A program made the position numbers and the translations under genes. A stretch of DNA of 64,000 nt from a bacterium (GTDB lineage: Archaea; Micrarchaeota; Micrarchaeia; Micrarchaeales; CABMGC01), in the NCBI GenBank assembly GCA_021829835.1, contig JAKBPE010000005.1:1700-65699 (forward strand), in the 5' to 3' direction. Numbering within the stretch: position 1 is the stretch's first letter; each line of letters starts with the position of its first letter. The notes under the pieces were generated by a model. The model saw nothing but the letters and a program-made list of their open reading frames with translations, did not search any database and was not told the DNA's origin. Of the stretch, positions 49,601 through 58,425 are shown piece by piece.

Positions 49601-52600
49601 CTGTAGCCCATGTAGGCAAGGCGTCAGTCATGTTTACCTGGTTTATCAGAGGCAGTTCATAGGTGATGCCAGCTCTCGGATTGAAACCCTCAGCACTTGC
49701 AGTAAATCTTCCAGATATGAAGTTTGTCATCCATTTCATGTATGTAAGAGCGCCTGGAATTCCCATCTCTGCTGCTGCTATTACAGTACTTGCGAAGTAG
49801 TCCTGTTGCCATGGAGCCTGTATACATACAGGTCCAGCACAGTTGAATGCACCATATGTTCCTATTATGTATCCATGAGGCTGTTTTTCATTGATGTAAT
49901 TTGGATAGGTTCCAGCTTGGTCACTATTGCTTACATAACTTGAGTTTATGTATTGGTCATATAAGTATTGGAACTCTGCTGCAGCATTATGAACAAAGAA
50001 TGATTTTAGGGGATCGTTGTTTGGATCTGAATATGCCGCTTCTATCACCTGTCTTAGTCCCCATGCATATCCTCTTACCTGATTCTGGACGAAATCAAGA
50101 ATCATCCTGTTGTTATTCCAGGTGTAGTATCCGGGATTGTCTACTAAGTATGGATATACTGCCTGTGCATCTTGCTGATTCAGGTAAGACCATCCTCCAG
50201 TAAGAATATATGGAAGGTAAGGAAGATCAGGCCAGTGGGCAGGATCTACACTTACAGGATCGCTAGAGTCAGATCCCTGTGTAAGGCAGTTGTTAGGTCC
50301 TGGATCGTTCTGGCAGAGGCCTCCATTAAGCATAAGCTCTGGAAATTGTGCAGGGTTTATGTAACTGTCATTTTGTGGATAGAAATAATCCCAGCCCATC
50401 GCTCCTGCCTGACTGTCTACCATCTGCGCGTAGTCTGCTGCAGATTGATTCTGGGACATAAGCCATGCTGCATTCCAGACAGGTTGTGGGCCTATGTCAG
50501 GTCTGCCCCCAGATGCAGGCATGTAAAAGGATATTCCGGTGCCTGTCATTATAGTATTTGCATCTATTGCAGTGGGGTTGTTGCCATAATTACTCAGACC
50601 CGAAGCATAGCCGGATAGAAGAGAAGCGCTTATTCCATCGGAAAGATTGAATGGAAGAAGGGCGCCTATACGCTCAAGTTCTGCAATGTCATGCACTATG
50701 TTTGATTGGGGAAATCCGTTGCTCCACATAGGCCAGTTCCATTCTGTATATTGAGGTTGAAACACATTATTCTTCTTGAGAGATACATTGCCGTTGTATA
50801 ATATAGTTAAATTGTAGTTTACATCTCCACCTACAGGCTGCATTGCATAGTCATCCGCAAACATTATATTCGTGTATGTGGAGCCATCAGCGTACTCTCT
50901 GATATCAAACATCACATGAAATGATCCGGAAACATTGTAATTTACCCTTCCCTCTGTTACAGTGCTTCCCTGGAGCCAATACGAAACAGTATTGGATGCG
51001 AGGGAATTGGATAGGAGTGATTGTAGGTTTATGGTATAATTTGGATTTGTCACATTTTCCAGAGATATTTTAAATACTTGAGAGCAATACCAGACGCTGC
51101 ACGAAATATAAAGGTATTTTTCTGAAGGGCTGAGGACCAACGGATAGCCGAGTCCGGGCTGGGATTGTGGTATGTTTGATATTGTCCTTACTGTTTTGTT
51201 TGTTTGGAGATTTACCACATCTAGCGTTGCGCCTGCATCGTCTAGATAACCATCTAGGACAAATGCCAGAGTTCCTTCCTTGTTTACGACCATTGCACCT
51301 GGACCGTATCCAATTCCAGTTATGTTATATAGCAAGGTATTAGTATAGGGGTTTACAACTCCTATTCTTGATCCTTCTGACTCTAGTACATAAAGTTTTG
51401 TACCGTTTGAATTGTAATATGCAGTTGTAGGGCCTACCTGCAGGTATGGACCAAGATTCAATGTACTAGAAACAGAAAAATTCAGAAGATTGACTTTGCT
51501 TATGCTTGTTCCTGAAGAAACCCCATCAACAAATGGGCCTATATTTGTAACAAAGGCAGTGGTTCCGTTTGGAGCAAAGGCCATATATGACGGATAATAT
51601 AAACCAGTTATGGTGTGGATAATTTGGTTAGTTGATGTATTAACCACGCTTATAGTTGAATTTGAATTTATTACATAAAGATCAGAGCCTGATGGATTTA
51701 ATTCTGTAAGGTTAGGATAGTAGAAACCTTTGATTATGCCTTGCACTTTATCTGTCGAGAGATTTATTATGCTTATTGTATTGTTGCTTCTTTGTGCGAC
51801 ATATGCGAGGCTTCCTATCTTATTTGTGACTATGCTTACAGGATTGCCGCCTATAATTATTTCATTCGATATGTCCATTGTTGAAGAATTGAAGACCATG
51901 AATGTGCTGTTTTCATAGGATATCGTATATCCGGTTGCGCCGGAAGGGCTGAATGCGGTTTCGTATTTATGCGTTGGTGATCCTGAGATATAATTAGAAT
52001 AATACCCGAAATAATTAGTTACAGTTGGTTCGGTAAGCATGTGAAGTTTTACGGTTATGTTATATGAAGGATTTGAAACCAGGTTTGAGAGAGATATGGG
52101 AGTACCTGCAGTTCCTGATACGGCGCGAAACATTCCATAATAGGTAGTATGTGCAGGCATGGCAGGCTCATCGAAGGAAACAACTACCATCTCCCCTGAA
52201 CCGTCGGAATAGTTGGTTTTTACGTCTGCTTGAGCAGTGTATATTGTTCCGTTTATTATTGCTTCAAGTTGGTCTCCCTGGGGGAATTTTCCAGGAGGGA
52301 ATATCTCCCCCATAGTTATGTAATGGGAAGGTATTGAATAGGGATTGTTATTTTGTATGTCGAAGCCCACTATGTCTCCGGACTGCGAAGGCTGTGGTAC
52401 ACATGGAAGATAGACCATTCCTGAGATTCTTGGAGTTGTGCTGTTTGTACAGGAATATATGTTATTTGGTGTGGTAAATACAGGTAGAGTTTTTGTAATC
52501 GTATTTCCAGTCTTAAATATGCTTGAAAAATTTAGGAATGATGAATTCTGAAAACCTGCAATTAGAAGCAAGATTGCGATTGATACTACTGCTATTATTA

Positions 52601-52721
52601 CATAAAGTAGGATAATCTTAATTGTCTTGAATAAGGAAGAGCGTTGAGTTCTGATATTAGCTGTATCTGATTTTTGAATAGTTTCTTTCGAAGATAGCTT
52701 TCCAGACATTAGACCAAACAC
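46620..52721 (-). CDS. 2033-aa mosaic surface protein (beta-propeller, PcRGLX-like domain, Ig-like repeats, Gly linker)
   Basis: TM at both ends; YVTN-type repeats (AFVTN, LYVIN); SGGxxPYTYxW repeats; poly-Gly/Ser linker. Confidence 0.8.
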   Translation of the reverse strand: MFGLMSGKLSSKETIQKSDTANIRTQRSSLFKTIKIILLYVIIAVVSIAILLLIAGFQNSSFLNFSSIFKTGNTITKTLPVFTTPNNIYSCTNSTTPRISGMVYLPCVPQPSQSGDIVGFDIQNNNPYSIPSHYITMGEIFPPGKFPQGDQLEAIINGTIYTAQADVKTNYSDGSGEMVVVSFDEPAMPAHTTYYGMFRAVSGTAGTPISLSNLVSNPSYNITVKLHMLTEPTVTNYFGYYSNYISGSPTHKYETAFSPSGATGYTISYENSTFMVFNSSTMDISNEIIIGGNPVSIVTNKIGSLAYVAQRSNNTISIINLSTDKVQGIIKGFYYPNLTELNPSGSDLYVINSNSTISVVNTSTNQIIHTITGLYYPSYMAFAPNGTTAFVTNIGPFVDGVSSGTSISKVNLLNFSVSSTLNLGPYLQVGPTTAYYNSNGTKLYVLESEGSRIGVVNPYTNTLLYNITGIGYGPGAMVVNKEGTLAFVLDGYLDDAGATLDVVNLQTNKTVRTISNIPQSQPGLGYPLVLSPSEKYLYISCSVWYCSQVFKISLENVTNPNYTINLQSLLSNSLASNTVSYWLQGSTVTEGRVNYNVSGSFHVMFDIREYADGSTYTNIMFADDYAMQPVGGDVNYNLTILYNGNVSLKKNNVFQPQYTEWNWPMWSNGFPQSNIVHDIAELERIGALLPFNLSDGISASLLSGYASGLSNYGNNPTAIDANTIMTGTGISFYMPASGGRPDIGPQPVWNAAWLMSQNQSAADYAQMVDSQAGAMGWDYFYPQNDSYINPAQFPELMLNGGLCQNDPGPNNCLTQGSDSSDPVSVDPAHWPDLPYLPYILTGGWSYLNQQDAQAVYPYLVDNPGYYTWNNNRMILDFVQNQVRGYAWGLRQVIEAAYSDPNNDPLKSFFVHNAAAEFQYLYDQYINSSYVSNSDQAGTYPNYINEKQPHGYIIGTYGAFNCAGPVCIQAPWQQDYFASTVIAAAEMGIPGALTYMKWMTNFISGRFTASAEGFNPRAGITYELPLINQVNMTDALPTWATVWNADISNGSIGTSTYNGYQTNENLVGYEQLAAGMSAAIYAVDGNATALQAYNWLMSNYSLISSAYNRSAFTDEPQDFAITGFNQSLSLSAGPISPSNPIIDLGQSITLFSTASGGVFPYTYQWYSGASCSTPISGATGSTYTISPTSASSYSYEVTDSSGTSKCSSVDSITVDSALSPGSISSTASSINPGESVTLTANPSGGTTPYSYSWYSEEGSNPSCNSAYLVPGVSSQSYTVTPTTTNSYTYQVSDSATLPNRECSSAATVTVTTAPYVTLTSNASGTQIGNPIILKSQISSAGVGPFTVNLIYNGVVVSTNTISSPGGSALLYYLPNQIGTYSFKADAVDNGNNGYQFNSTTYTTYVHPITDSNENSTYTEDINSNTTFAFNYTDAKSIIKLVPKFSGSVSEKITIQNLSFNSSYLSIPFPTDKKIKILIINVSGSNSQNYQFNYNITIPYTCNDISPEPYLLESGSWTNVPSFKQNTTACTLQFNVTADPVVGVYASDTPISVSISPSTQQSITTGQSLTFTSSVSGGTPPYTYTWISGPSSSCTSDSQISGTNTSSYTATPSSTAYYCLEVTDSAGYNTYSQTTEITVSSASTPPPSNGGGGGGGGSGSSGSSGSSGSGTAGAGGGGTFKPSVINLNSTCYLVTNLTNPDFAIVNFTGKSFNIRANYISPTDTGITIDGLQYTLSPNSTEIIGGTASYDYIIRLLNISYIPAVHTIASNVCVVPLPGKKILNVTTLPNIENTGRSITLYNSTNSNLSITINSTKGHQSIINYEKESSVFAINPTKAIPSSALISITNSTQESPAPPSEYTKLYVLNITYPQYSNISINANLHYSCGMPQNETFPFEYSGNSWKMITNFTINSKLCTISFQIPKDILLALMKSNVPKSKPSTTNVSKTNTTAIKKTVNTTSVNISMNSSTSTPSSQSSQEKKKIEISILVVAIAAILIYVIHITMLKDKKKKENISGNEQLNPENSNISVSDQKY

Positions 52722-52825
52722 ATTGAATATTCATACATTAAATTTATGATATAAAGACTAAGTATAAAAAGTATTGCTAGAGAAACATGGAATATCCCAT
52801 GAAAATGATGAACATTGTAAAACGT

Positions 52826-53047
52826 TTATTTGTTTGGATTTAATACAAAATGTTCGCATTTCTTGCATTGAATATTACCCTCAAAGTCAGTTAGGGTGCT
52901 ATTTTCACATTTACATTTGCACTTTGTGCGCTTCATGACGGGTTTGAGTTTGTTTACAACTGCAAGGAAACCTCCACCTTCAAATTCTATTTCGTAAAGA
53001 TAACAAAAAGCGCACATTTTATCATTGATATTGATATCGAAAGCCAA
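52826..53047 (-). CDS. Small Cys-rich, possibly Zn-binding protein
   Basis: CAFC, CKCKC and CKKC motifs. Confidence 0.45.
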   Translation of the reverse strand: MAFDININDKMCAFCYLYEIEFEGGGFLAVVNKLKPVMKRTKCKCKCENSTLTDFEGNIQCKKCEHFVLNPNK

Positions 53048-53146
53048 ATAATATATTACTTTTCAGAAAAATCGTATTCCGAACCTTTCATGATACATCA
53101 ATTTCTAAATCCGGATTTTGTTATAAGAGTTGTGATAGTTGTTTCA

Positions 53147-55825
53147 TTATGAGAGCTCTTGCTTTGTTATCTTATGGAGGAAACTTTGATCAGCCTGCCC
53201 GAGAAGTTTCGTTATGAATAATTCAGGATTTTTCTTATACTCTGCGAAATTGTTGATATGCCTCAGCACGGTTTCAAACTGCTGAGGCTTAGGCTGCTGG
53301 TCATCAAGCATATAATCAAGTTTTCCTGTGTTTATCTTTCCGCGGAGAGCTATGAAACAGATAGCAGTTTTGATATCCTTCTCTTCAATATTGTTTGCAA
53401 TTGAGTATAATTTCTTGTAAGTTGCAAGTTGTCTGCGGTGATTTGCAGCATTATCAGTGGTTTTGTCGGTCTTCCAGTCCACTATTAGATAATTTTTGTC
53501 TGCCTTGTATACTGCGTCAATTTTTGCTTTGAACTCCATTTCTTTAGAAACCCTCCCCTTTCCGATTATTTCCTCCAGAGGTAGAGTTATGGCAAGTTCT
53601 GCGTCTGTCTGCTTTGCGTTGAACTTCTTTTGTATCTCTTGGTCGAGTTTCTCTATGTTCTTTAGGAATGGTCTTTCATTTTCAGTTAATACATTCTCGT
53701 CCAGCATGCCTTTGTATCTGTTTTCTGCCATTGCATGTGCAATGTTACCCATGCTCAGGGATATGTTTTCTTCCCTGAGCCCTAATATGTTATGCTGCAA
53801 AAATTCGAAAGGGTTGTTTATGCTCTCTATCATAGTATAGGAGAGCCTGTTTGTTTTAGCAAAATATTCGTGTATGTGATTTCTAAGCCATGGGTCCTTT
53901 ACATTTAGTGCTTTTTTGGCATCTTCGTATCTTTTATTCACAAATAGACCATATGCTTCATCAAACTTCCTTGAGATAGGTTCAGGTTCATCTTCAATTG
54001 TCTCATATTTGTTTACATTGTAATTTCCAAATGCATAATCTCCGCTGTTGCTGTTATTTGCTATTATAGCAAGGCTGTCTCTTGCTCTTGTAAATGCCAC
54101 AAAATCTACACGTAGGGCTTCTTCTACTAATTCGTCTACGATGTCTATGCCTTTATCGCTTTTTATTATGCCATAGACTACTGCGTCTACAAAGCTGAAA
54201 CTGTCCCGCGTGGATCTTGGTACGTATATCACGTTTTCAAATTCCAGGCCCTTTGATTTGTGAACGGTCGTAAGCACTAGCTTCTCCTGCTGGCCCATTG
54301 GTTCGTAGCTCTCCTCTGTCACATCCAGATAATTGAAGAGGTCGGTTATCTGCGGTGTAGACACAGTTTCAAAAAATTCAAGGATATTCTTGCGTATTGC
54401 GACTGCGGTTATGTAGTAATCTTTGCCTATAGATACGCTTATTGGAAGAATAATCTCGTCGAACAGCCTTACCAAGGCCTGTTTTGAAAATGCGGATTCC
54501 TTCAATTTGATAAATGAAGGAGCTCTTTTTTTAAGTTCTTCCTTGCTTAGTTTCCTGTCATTGTATATTTTAGATATTTCAAACGCCTCCCTGAGCTTTG
54601 TACCTGAGAATGGAGTAAACAAGGCATTTATTATTGAAGAATAATCATCGTACAGAATTCCTTTGAGGAAGTTTACTATTGTACCTTTAGCCTCTGATGA
54701 TGTTGCATTGCTTATTGTTGTGGAATATTTTACGCCTTTTGAATCTAAGATCTTGGATATGCTTAATATCTGGCTGTTCGAACGTGTGATTATTGCAGTT
54801 GTTTTGCCGTCTTGCAGTTCAAGTGCAGTTTTTATCGCGAGAAGATCCTGATGGCTCCTTCCGGTCTCTATTATCTTTACAACACCTTCAGACTTTCTCA
54901 CCGGAGAGAAACCTTCGAGCTCGTCTGCATACTCATTGTAGACAGTTTTATTTTTGAAATGTCCGCTCGCATAATCGATAATCGCTTTTGCGCTCCTGTA
55001 GTTCTTTACAAGTTTTTCCTTTTCAGGTTTTAGCTTTTCCTCTATTATCCTGAAGTTTCTTACAGATCCTCCCTGAAATCCGAATATGGATTGCTTCCTG
55101 TCCCCTACAAGGAAGAGCTCCTCGCCGCTCTGGATGGCTATCTCTGCCTCAAGCTCATTGACATCTTGGAGCTCATCTACAAGTACAAACTTGAATTTCT
55201 TTTTATCCTTCAGCTTCATGAAATAAAGAAGCATGTCATTATAGTCTATGTGTCCCTTTTTCTTAGATTTCTCATAGTCTTGAAATGCTCCAAGGAAATA
55301 TTCGGCAAACTTTATTTGCTCCTCCAGTGTTATGTTGTTTATTTCTTCTTTGTAGTATATCGCTTCTATTTCCGGAATGCATTTTTTAATATGGATATCT
55401 TCAGGAGTTATGCCATAGCTTTTTATGTAGCGTATAGCATTCTCTACTTTTGGAACTATATCCTCGATTATATACTCCTTTGAATAATTTAGGGCATGGT
55501 TAGTTTCAAAGCTCTTGAATATGGAGTATCTTATTGCATTGTTTCCAAGCACGTTATAGTTGCCTTCTGTTTCTTCAAGGTAGGATAATGCATAGCTATG
55601 AAAGGTATGTATGCTTAACTCATGTAATTTGGCGTTTAGATTCTCTTTCTCTGCAAGTTCGCGAATCTTTTGGCTCATTTCGTTTGCGGCCTTTTCAGTG
55701 AAAGTTATGCAGAGAATTTCTTTAGGCTGTGCTCCTTCTTTCAATAGGTTTACTACTCTTGTGGCAAGCGCAGTAGTCTTTCCGGTGCCTGGATTAGCGA
55801 GAATCAATCTGTTCAAAATTACCAA
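53147..55825 (-). CDS. UvrD/AddA-like SF1 helicase fused to a C-terminal PD-(D/E)XK nuclease
   Basis: ANPGTGKT, TFTEKAA, VDELQD, VGDRKQSIFGFQG, TVHKSKGLEF, VAFTRAR; nuclease KIDAV...VDWKT...QLATY. Confidence 0.92.
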   Translation of the reverse strand: MVILNRLILANPGTGKTTALATRVVNLLKEGAQPKEILCITFTEKAANEMSQKIRELAEKENLNAKLHELSIHTFHSYALSYLEETEGNYNVLGNNAIRYSIFKSFETNHALNYSKEYIIEDIVPKVENAIRYIKSYGITPEDIHIKKCIPEIEAIYYKEEINNITLEEQIKFAEYFLGAFQDYEKSKKKGHIDYNDMLLYFMKLKDKKKFKFVLVDELQDVNELEAEIAIQSGEELFLVGDRKQSIFGFQGGSVRNFRIIEEKLKPEKEKLVKNYRSAKAIIDYASGHFKNKTVYNEYADELEGFSPVRKSEGVVKIIETGRSHQDLLAIKTALELQDGKTTAIITRSNSQILSISKILDSKGVKYSTTISNATSSEAKGTIVNFLKGILYDDYSSIINALFTPFSGTKLREAFEISKIYNDRKLSKEELKKRAPSFIKLKESAFSKQALVRLFDEIILPISVSIGKDYYITAVAIRKNILEFFETVSTPQITDLFNYLDVTEESYEPMGQQEKLVLTTVHKSKGLEFENVIYVPRSTRDSFSFVDAVVYGIIKSDKGIDIVDELVEEALRVDFVAFTRARDSLAIIANNSNSGDYAFGNYNVNKYETIEDEPEPISRKFDEAYGLFVNKRYEDAKKALNVKDPWLRNHIHEYFAKTNRLSYTMIESINNPFEFLQHNILGLREENISLSMGNIAHAMAENRYKGMLDENVLTENERPFLKNIEKLDQEIQKKFNAKQTDAELAITLPLEEIIGKGRVSKEMEFKAKIDAVYKADKNYLIVDWKTDKTTDNAANHRRQLATYKKLYSIANNIEEKDIKTAICFIALRGKINTGKLDYMLDDQQPKPQQFETVLRHINNFAEYKKNPELFITKLLGQADQSFLHKITKQELS

Positions 55826-55889
55826 ATAGAATAATTACAGGCTTAGGTATTAATTACTTGCTTGGCTGATATAATTATTTGAATAGTTA

Positions 55890-56567
55890 CTACTTGTTTA
55901 TTCCTTTATTTATTTCCTTGTTTAATTCTTTTATCACTTTGTCCGGATCTTTTTCATAGAATAATTCTAAATTATTTATCAAGAATTGTTTAGGCAGATC
56001 CCACCATTTGAGTTTTTTCAGTTTTTTTATAGTAATTCTGTCAAATCGATATTTTATTAATTTTACAGGTATACCTGCATAAATCCCATAATCGTCTAAT
56101 TTTTGTTTTGAAGTTATTAGGGATTTTGAGCCTATTACTACGCCGTCACCTATTTTTATGTTTTTATTCCCTCCCACAATAGTAACATCAGAACCAATCC
56201 ATACGTCATTTCCTATGTTTATGTTACCGGAAGAAAATGTTTTCATATTTTTTCTGAAGAGATATCTGAATGGATAAGTAGTAAGTAATTCATAGTTATG
56301 ACCACCAGACATTATTAAATTAAGTGAGTCTCCTATACTAGTATATTTGCCTATTGTTAAAGTTTGGTTTTTTTGTGAGGATATTTTTATTGGATAGAAT
56401 TTATTAGAATAGCTTCCTGAACCTACATATACTTTGCATTTTGGTCTTGTTACGAAATATACATGAGGGTATTCCCCATATCTATGTTGAATTATGGGGG
56501 TTCGTAACATATCCACTATTGTATCTAATATCTTGTCTTTTATATCAGAATTCATATTATTAACCAA
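55890..56567 (-). CDS. CatB/Vat-like hexapeptide-repeat O-acetyltransferase
   Basis: IGKYTSIG, TTYPF, IGNDVWIG, AGIPVKLIKYRF, KWWD; very AT-rich. Confidence 0.85.
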   Translation of the reverse strand: MVNNMNSDIKDKILDTIVDMLRTPIIQHRYGEYPHVYFVTRPKCKVYVGSGSYSNKFYPIKISSQKNQTLTIGKYTSIGDSLNLIMSGGHNYELLTTYPFRYLFRKNMKTFSSGNINIGNDVWIGSDVTIVGGNKNIKIGDGVVIGSKSLITSKQKLDDYGIYAGIPVKLIKYRFDRITIKKLKKLKWWDLPKQFLINNLELFYEKDPDKVIKELNKEINKGINK

Positions 56568-56840
56568 GAAAATTATATTTTAACTTAAGTTTACTACATT
56601 AAACCTTTAAAGATATTGTTGTCTTACCGTTTTAGGTAAATAAAATGAGAGACAACGTAACACTACCATTAGGTAGTTTATCCGCAGTGGATAAAATAAA
56701 GTAATATGTTAAAACCGCAAAATATTTTACAGCGTAGTTGAAGTAAAAGTCATCTCCATGTATTTGAAGAGTTTCGCAACACAGTAGTTTATAACGATTT
56801 TTCTGGAAACATTATTAGAGTTTGTAGTATATCTGTTATC

Positions 56841-58163
56841 ATGGGAGAAGACTCCAAAATCAGTGTTCGGGTTGCAATGGCGGTGGGGCTTGGAGCCATA
56901 ATAGGAGCAGGAATATTTGTATTGAGCGGTACAGCGATCGCACTTGCGGGCTCTGACGCCATAATAGCCTTCATACTGGTAGGTATTGTTGCCCTTCTCG
57001 TAGCTGTGGAACTTGGAGAGCTTGGCTCGATAATGCCGAAAGTCAAAGGAGCCTCGTATTCTTATATATACAACGCATTTGGAAGCGAATTGGGCTTCAT
57101 CTCAGGAATCCTCCTCTATTTCAGCTATGCGACATCCGTTTCAGCCATAGCGCTGGGATTTGGGTCTTATGCAGCTAGCCTTCTTGGGTTGAATGTTGCA
57201 GAGTTTTCAAGATACTTTTCCATTGCGATAATCGGTGTTCTCTCTGTTGTAAACCTTATAGGAATCAAGAAGGCAACTAAAGTGGACTCGTATCTTGTTG
57301 CAATAAAAATTACAATACTCTTGCTTTTCATTGCGTTTGCCATTGTCACTGTTTTTCTCTTGGGCAAGGGACTCTATGGAAAGATGAATCTTATAGCGCC
57401 TATAGGAGGCTTTGAAGGAATATTTGCGGCGAGCGTGGCAATCTTTTTTGCATACTCCGGATTTCAGGCAATAAGTACATTTACTTCAAGGATTAAAGGA
57501 GGCGCTAAGGGAGCCGCTAAGGCCATAATGTACTCCGTAATAGTCAGCATAGTCATCTATGTGCTTGTGGCTATAGCCCTTCTCATAATGATGCCTTCAA
57601 AGAACTACACCATAAATGCTGATCCGCTATCATTCGCACTTAAGGCAGTCAATGCGCCGCTTTCTCTTCTTGTAGTGGTTGACATAGGTGCCCTTATAGC
57701 AACCGCTTCAGCTACGCTTGCCATGATTCTCTCATCTTCAAGGATACTATATCAGATAAGCAGCGACAGGCTGCTTCCTGCAGTGCTTAGGAAGTATAAT
57801 AGCAAGACAGATGTGGCAATAAATGGAGTAATACTATCCGCAGTTATAGGGGTGGCTATGCTTTTCTCAGGAAATATATTCATAATAGCAGCAATATCGA
57901 ATTTTGGGCTTCTCTTTTCATATCTTCTGAGTTCCTTCGCTGTTATACATTTCAGAAGAATAAAACAGAAGGCTTCTTTCAGGATACCATTCTATCCCTA
58001 TCTTCCTGTTGTCACCATAATAGGGATAATGCTGCTTCTCATAGGAATGCCTAAAGAGTCGCTAGTTATAGGAGTAATGATAATACTTTCACTGATAATA
58101 ATCTATTACTTCCTTAGGGAAGCAAAAAGAAAGAAGGTAGTCAAGGTGCGTCTATTCAGATAA
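56841..58163 (+). CDS. APC-family amino acid permease
   Basis: GAIIGAGIF, FFAYSGF, ~12 TM. Confidence 0.93.
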   Translation: MGEDSKISVRVAMAVGLGAIIGAGIFVLSGTAIALAGSDAIIAFILVGIVALLVAVELGELGSIMPKVKGASYSYIYNAFGSELGFISGILLYFSYATSVSAIALGFGSYAASLLGLNVAEFSRYFSIAIIGVLSVVNLIGIKKATKVDSYLVAIKITILLLFIAFAIVTVFLLGKGLYGKMNLIAPIGGFEGIFAASVAIFFAYSGFQAISTFTSRIKGGAKGAAKAIMYSVIVSIVIYVLVAIALLIMMPSKNYTINADPLSFALKAVNAPLSLLVVVDIGALIATASATLAMILSSSRILYQISSDRLLPAVLRKYNSKTDVAINGVILSAVIGVAMLFSGNIFIIAAISNFGLLFSYLLSSFAVIHFRRIKQKASFRIPFYPYLPVVTIIGIMLLLIGMPKESLVIGVMIILSLIIIYYFLREAKRKKVVKVRLFR

Positions 58164-58249
58164 AAGGAGTTGTAATTTGAATATAAGATAGAACCTGAAC
58201 AAAACCTAAATGTCTGAAACAGTATTTAAGAATTCCGTGAGTAATTAGA

Positions 58250-58338
58250 GACATGGAAGTCTTTTAGACTGCCATACCCACACATACCCCGGATAAGAAA
58301 GCTGCTATTTCCATCTAATCGTCTTCTCCGGGGTTTTT
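58250..58338 (+). ncRNA. Candidate small RNA
   Basis: TATA-like box at 58223, two CATACCC copies, 13-bp stem (58286-58298 / 58322-58334) and a T-tract. Confidence 0.3.
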
Positions 58339-58425
58339 GAATCTGGGCCTGAACCGAAATAAAACCTAATATTTAAAAGGATGCTTTATCAAATAGAATT
58401 GGCTAATTCGTAAAAAAGGGATACC

